DNA of 47,652 bases from Candidatus Krumholzibacteriia bacterium (lineage in GTDB: Bacteria > Krumholzibacteriota > Krumholzibacteriia > WVZY01): the NCBI GenBank assembly GCA_046754105.1, contig JBHHVD010000010.1, positions 1 to 47,652 of the forward strand, written 5' to 3'. The position numbers were made by a program, and so were the translations under genes. Shown here one piece after another: positions 45,853-47,652 of the stretch. Below the pieces are notes generated by a model. The model saw nothing but the letters and a program-made list of their open reading frames with translations. It was not told where the DNA came from and ran no database searches. How positions within the stretch are numbered: the first letter of the stretch is position 1; each line of letters starts with the position of its first letter.

Positions 45853-46767
45853 CTATCGTTTAGGCGTGCGCTCGCCGGTGATGTGCCCCTGCATGCCCGC
45901 GAGGAAGCGCTGCCGGGTCGGCGTCAACGGCCTGCTCGTTTTGTGGTAGGCAGTAATCTCCTGAACCATGTACAAGCTGGGCACGGAGGGGCGTACCAGA
46001 GTTCCCTGCCGTATCTCGGGCCCGACGGCGGTCTCCGGTAGAATAGCAAGGCCCAGGCCAGCCATCGCCATATGTTTGATCGTCGCCACATTGGAGGATT
46101 CCACGACGTACTCGATGCTCAGCGACATGCGCCGGAACAGGGCGTCCATCATCGCCCGCGTCTCCATGCCCTCCTCGAAGCCCAGGAACGGGTACTTCTC
46201 CAGGTCGGCCAGCGCGATCTCCTCCAGCCCGGCCAGCGGGTGATCGGGCGGCGCCACCAGGAACATCTTGTTTTTCTGAATCGGCACGCTGGTCAGACCG
46301 GGGTATCGGCGATTGGCGGTCAGGATGGCAAAGTCGGTCCGGCCGCCCCGAACGGCGGCAATAAGCTCGGGCGGTGATTTAAACAATATTCCCACTTTGA
46401 CTTGCGGGTACTCCTGGTTGAAGTCCTTCAGAACCTCCGGCAGGAAATAGATGCCGATACTGTTGACGGTGCCGATGGAGATCGTCCCCGTCAGGTCGTG
46501 CTCCATGGCGGCGAGTGCGTTTCGGACGCGGTCGACGTCGCTGAAGATCTCTTCGGCGTATTCGAAAACGATGTTGCCGGACTCGGTCAACTCGACGCCC
46601 GTCTTGATGCGGTTGAAGAGGGTGTGGCCCAGGGAGGTCTCGAACTGCTTGATTTGAACGCTGATCGCGGATTGGGAGACGCGGAGCGTCTCGGCCGCGT
46701 GCGAGAAGCTGCCCTTGCGGGCCACCTCGTAGAAATAGTAGAGATGATTGAAGTTGAACGGAAGCAA
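45853..46767 (-). CDS. LysR-family transcriptional regulator
   Basis: HTH GSFSHAAETL.VSQSAIS.QIK..E..LG..LF.R; substrate-binding domain; TTG start with purine-rich RBS. Confidence 0.96.
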   Translation of the reverse strand: MLPFNFNHLYYFYEVARKGSFSHAAETLRVSQSAISVQIKQFETSLGHTLFNRIKTGVELTESGNIVFEYAEEIFSDVDRVRNALAAMEHDLTGTISIGTVNSIGIYFLPEVLKDFNQEYPQVKVGILFKSPPELIAAVRGGRTDFAILTANRRYPGLTSVPIQKNKMFLVAPPDHPLAGLEEIALADLEKYPFLGFEEGMETRAMMDALFRRMSLSIEYVVESSNVATIKHMAMAGLGLAILPETAVGPEIRQGTLVRPSVPSLYMVQEITAYHKTSRPLTPTRQRFLAGMQGHITGERTPKR

Positions 46768-46841
46768 CGGGCCGAGCCCCCTTTCTGTGAAACCGACGGC
46801 CCCGGCCGGCGTATAAACAAGGGCGGGACCGGGGATAATAT

Positions 46842-46864
46842 ATATATGAAATCTATATATTTCA
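46842..46864. promoter_or_regulatory. Candidate LysR recognition site
   Basis: AT-rich dyads ATATAT-N7-ATATAT (contains T-N11-A) and TGAAAT-N6-ATTTCA. Confidence 0.55.
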
Positions 46865-46884
46865 ATTTTATTTTTTGTATTTTA

Positions 46885-46914
46885 CTTATACCAGTTCATC
46901 AACTATGGTATAAG
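46885..46914. promoter_or_regulatory. Back-to-back extended -10 elements (divergent promoters)
   Basis: CTTATACCA-N12-TGGTATAAG gives TGG-TATAAG on both strands. Confidence 0.55.
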
Positions 46915-46920
46915 CGAGCC

Positions 46921-47157
46921 GGGGCTGCTGGGTGGACATGCGGCAACCGCTTTCAGGAGTCCTTCGCAGAGGGAGGACGCTTTTGGGACGGGGCGGCACC
47001 GGCTCTTTTCTCTTAACGATCGTCACATGAACTGATCGATACATTGAGACACAGGAAGGGGAATCGCGAGTAGGACCTGGAACAAGTTGGAGTCCCCACC
47101 GGATGAGGGCAGCGCGTTGAGGCGAGAGTCGAGTAACGTGCTGCCTCTCGTCTTTCT
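46921..47157 (+). ncRNA. Candidate structured small RNA divergent from LysR
   Basis: Promoter upstream, nested long-range stems with G-U pairs, terminal hairpin followed by UUUCU, no convincing ORF. Confidence 0.45.
47102..47157 (+). terminator. Terminator-like hairpin
   Basis: 47102-47118 pairs with 47135-47152 (17 bp, 2 G-U, 1 bulge), followed by a short TTTCT; the loop is large. Confidence 0.45.
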
Positions 47158-47168
47158 GGCCCCGAAGG

Positions 47169-47651
47169 CTAGCGCCGCCCAAGCGAGCGCTTCAGCGCCC
47201 GCGCCTCCGGGTTTTTCGAGTCCACATGCAGCGCCCGGTCGATCAGATCGAGCGCTTTTTCTTTGTCGCCGAGTACGGCGTGGAACCTTCCCGAATCCAG
47301 GAGCGGCCTCGTGTAGCGTGGGTCCGTCGCGACTGCCCGTTCGAGCTCGGCGCGCAGCGTGTCCGCCTGCGCTGCGGTAAACCGCAGCCTCGGGAACGTC
47401 ACCGGATGGTAGAGACGGTAGGCATGCTCGCCCAGCCACGCGTCGGGAACGGTGTTCCGTTTGGCGTAGACGTACGCGTTACGGTCCATGTAGACGAGGG
47501 CCCATCCCCGGGACTGGATGAGAAAATCGTGTGTCCTGCGCATGCCCCCGTCGCTTTTCTAGGGGGACGGCAGGATGAAACCGTCGATCCGGTACTTTGT
47601 GATAGTGGCGTTGAAACCCGCCGACGGCGTTTGGCAGGCCCGGAAATCCCA
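47169..47651 (-). CDS. C-terminal part of a TPR-ending protein (runs off the window); contains an in-frame TAG
   Basis: KYRIDGFIL...WALVYMDRNAYVYAKR followed by TPR-like helices (ALDLIDRALHVDSKNPEA); TAG at 47559-47561. Confidence 0.6.
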
Positions 47652-47652
47652 G

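Noticed and set aside
46938..47030. 30-codon ORF MRQPLSGVLRRG... inside the candidate sRNA
   Set aside because: Weak RBS and no peptide features. It cannot be fully excluded without conservation or Ribo-seq data.
46921..47100. tmRNA, tRNA or c-di-GMP riboswitch resemblance (5' GGGGCTG, 3' CCCCACC, GGACGC)
   Set aside because: Too short for tmRNA, no T-arm GTTCGA or CCA end, and the riboswitch core and a downstream gene are absent.
1..47652. Genome-wide TAG reassignment, CRISPR array, prophage, IS element or integrase
   Set aside because: Many conserved genes end at TAG at their expected C-termini, and I saw no repeat-spacer array or mobile-element genes.

Overview
A high-GC, gene-dense chromosomal window from a diderm (LPS-producing) bacterium. 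The gene content resembles FCB-related candidate phyla such as Krumholzibacteriota or Latescibacterota, but that is inference only. Almost all genes are on the minus strand. Housekeeping blocks, in transcription order: kdsB-pyrG-kdsA-kdsD; lpxL-lptC-lptB-rpoN; DUF2344-RNase E/G-rplU-rpmA; htrA-purB-purL-purQ-(double PurS)-purF; asd-ecfT-truA; oxidoreductase-lnt-panD-alaX-symporter-lipoprotein-NUDIX. The right third is more accessory: two atypical sigma-54 activators, several secreted HExxH proteins, a Mre11/Rad50-like (YhaO/YhaN-type) pair and a LysR regulator. I found no tRNA, rRNA, CRISPR array or mobile element. Five signals stand out. (1) A LysR-divergent promoter points into a ~240-nt structured region with no convincing ORF that ends in a terminator-like hairpin, a candidate sRNA. 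(2) Three consensus-like sigma-54 -24/-12 promoters lie upstream of the rpoN-containing operon and both activator genes, one with a perfect TGT-N10-ACA dyad. (3) A single-chain tandem PurS. (4) A Rad50-like ATPase with a transmembrane hairpin and no Zn-hook. (5) An in-frame TAG inside the last gene. All calls come from reading motifs by eye. No searches were run. Several start codons were moved from the ORF track based on overlap or RBS evidence.
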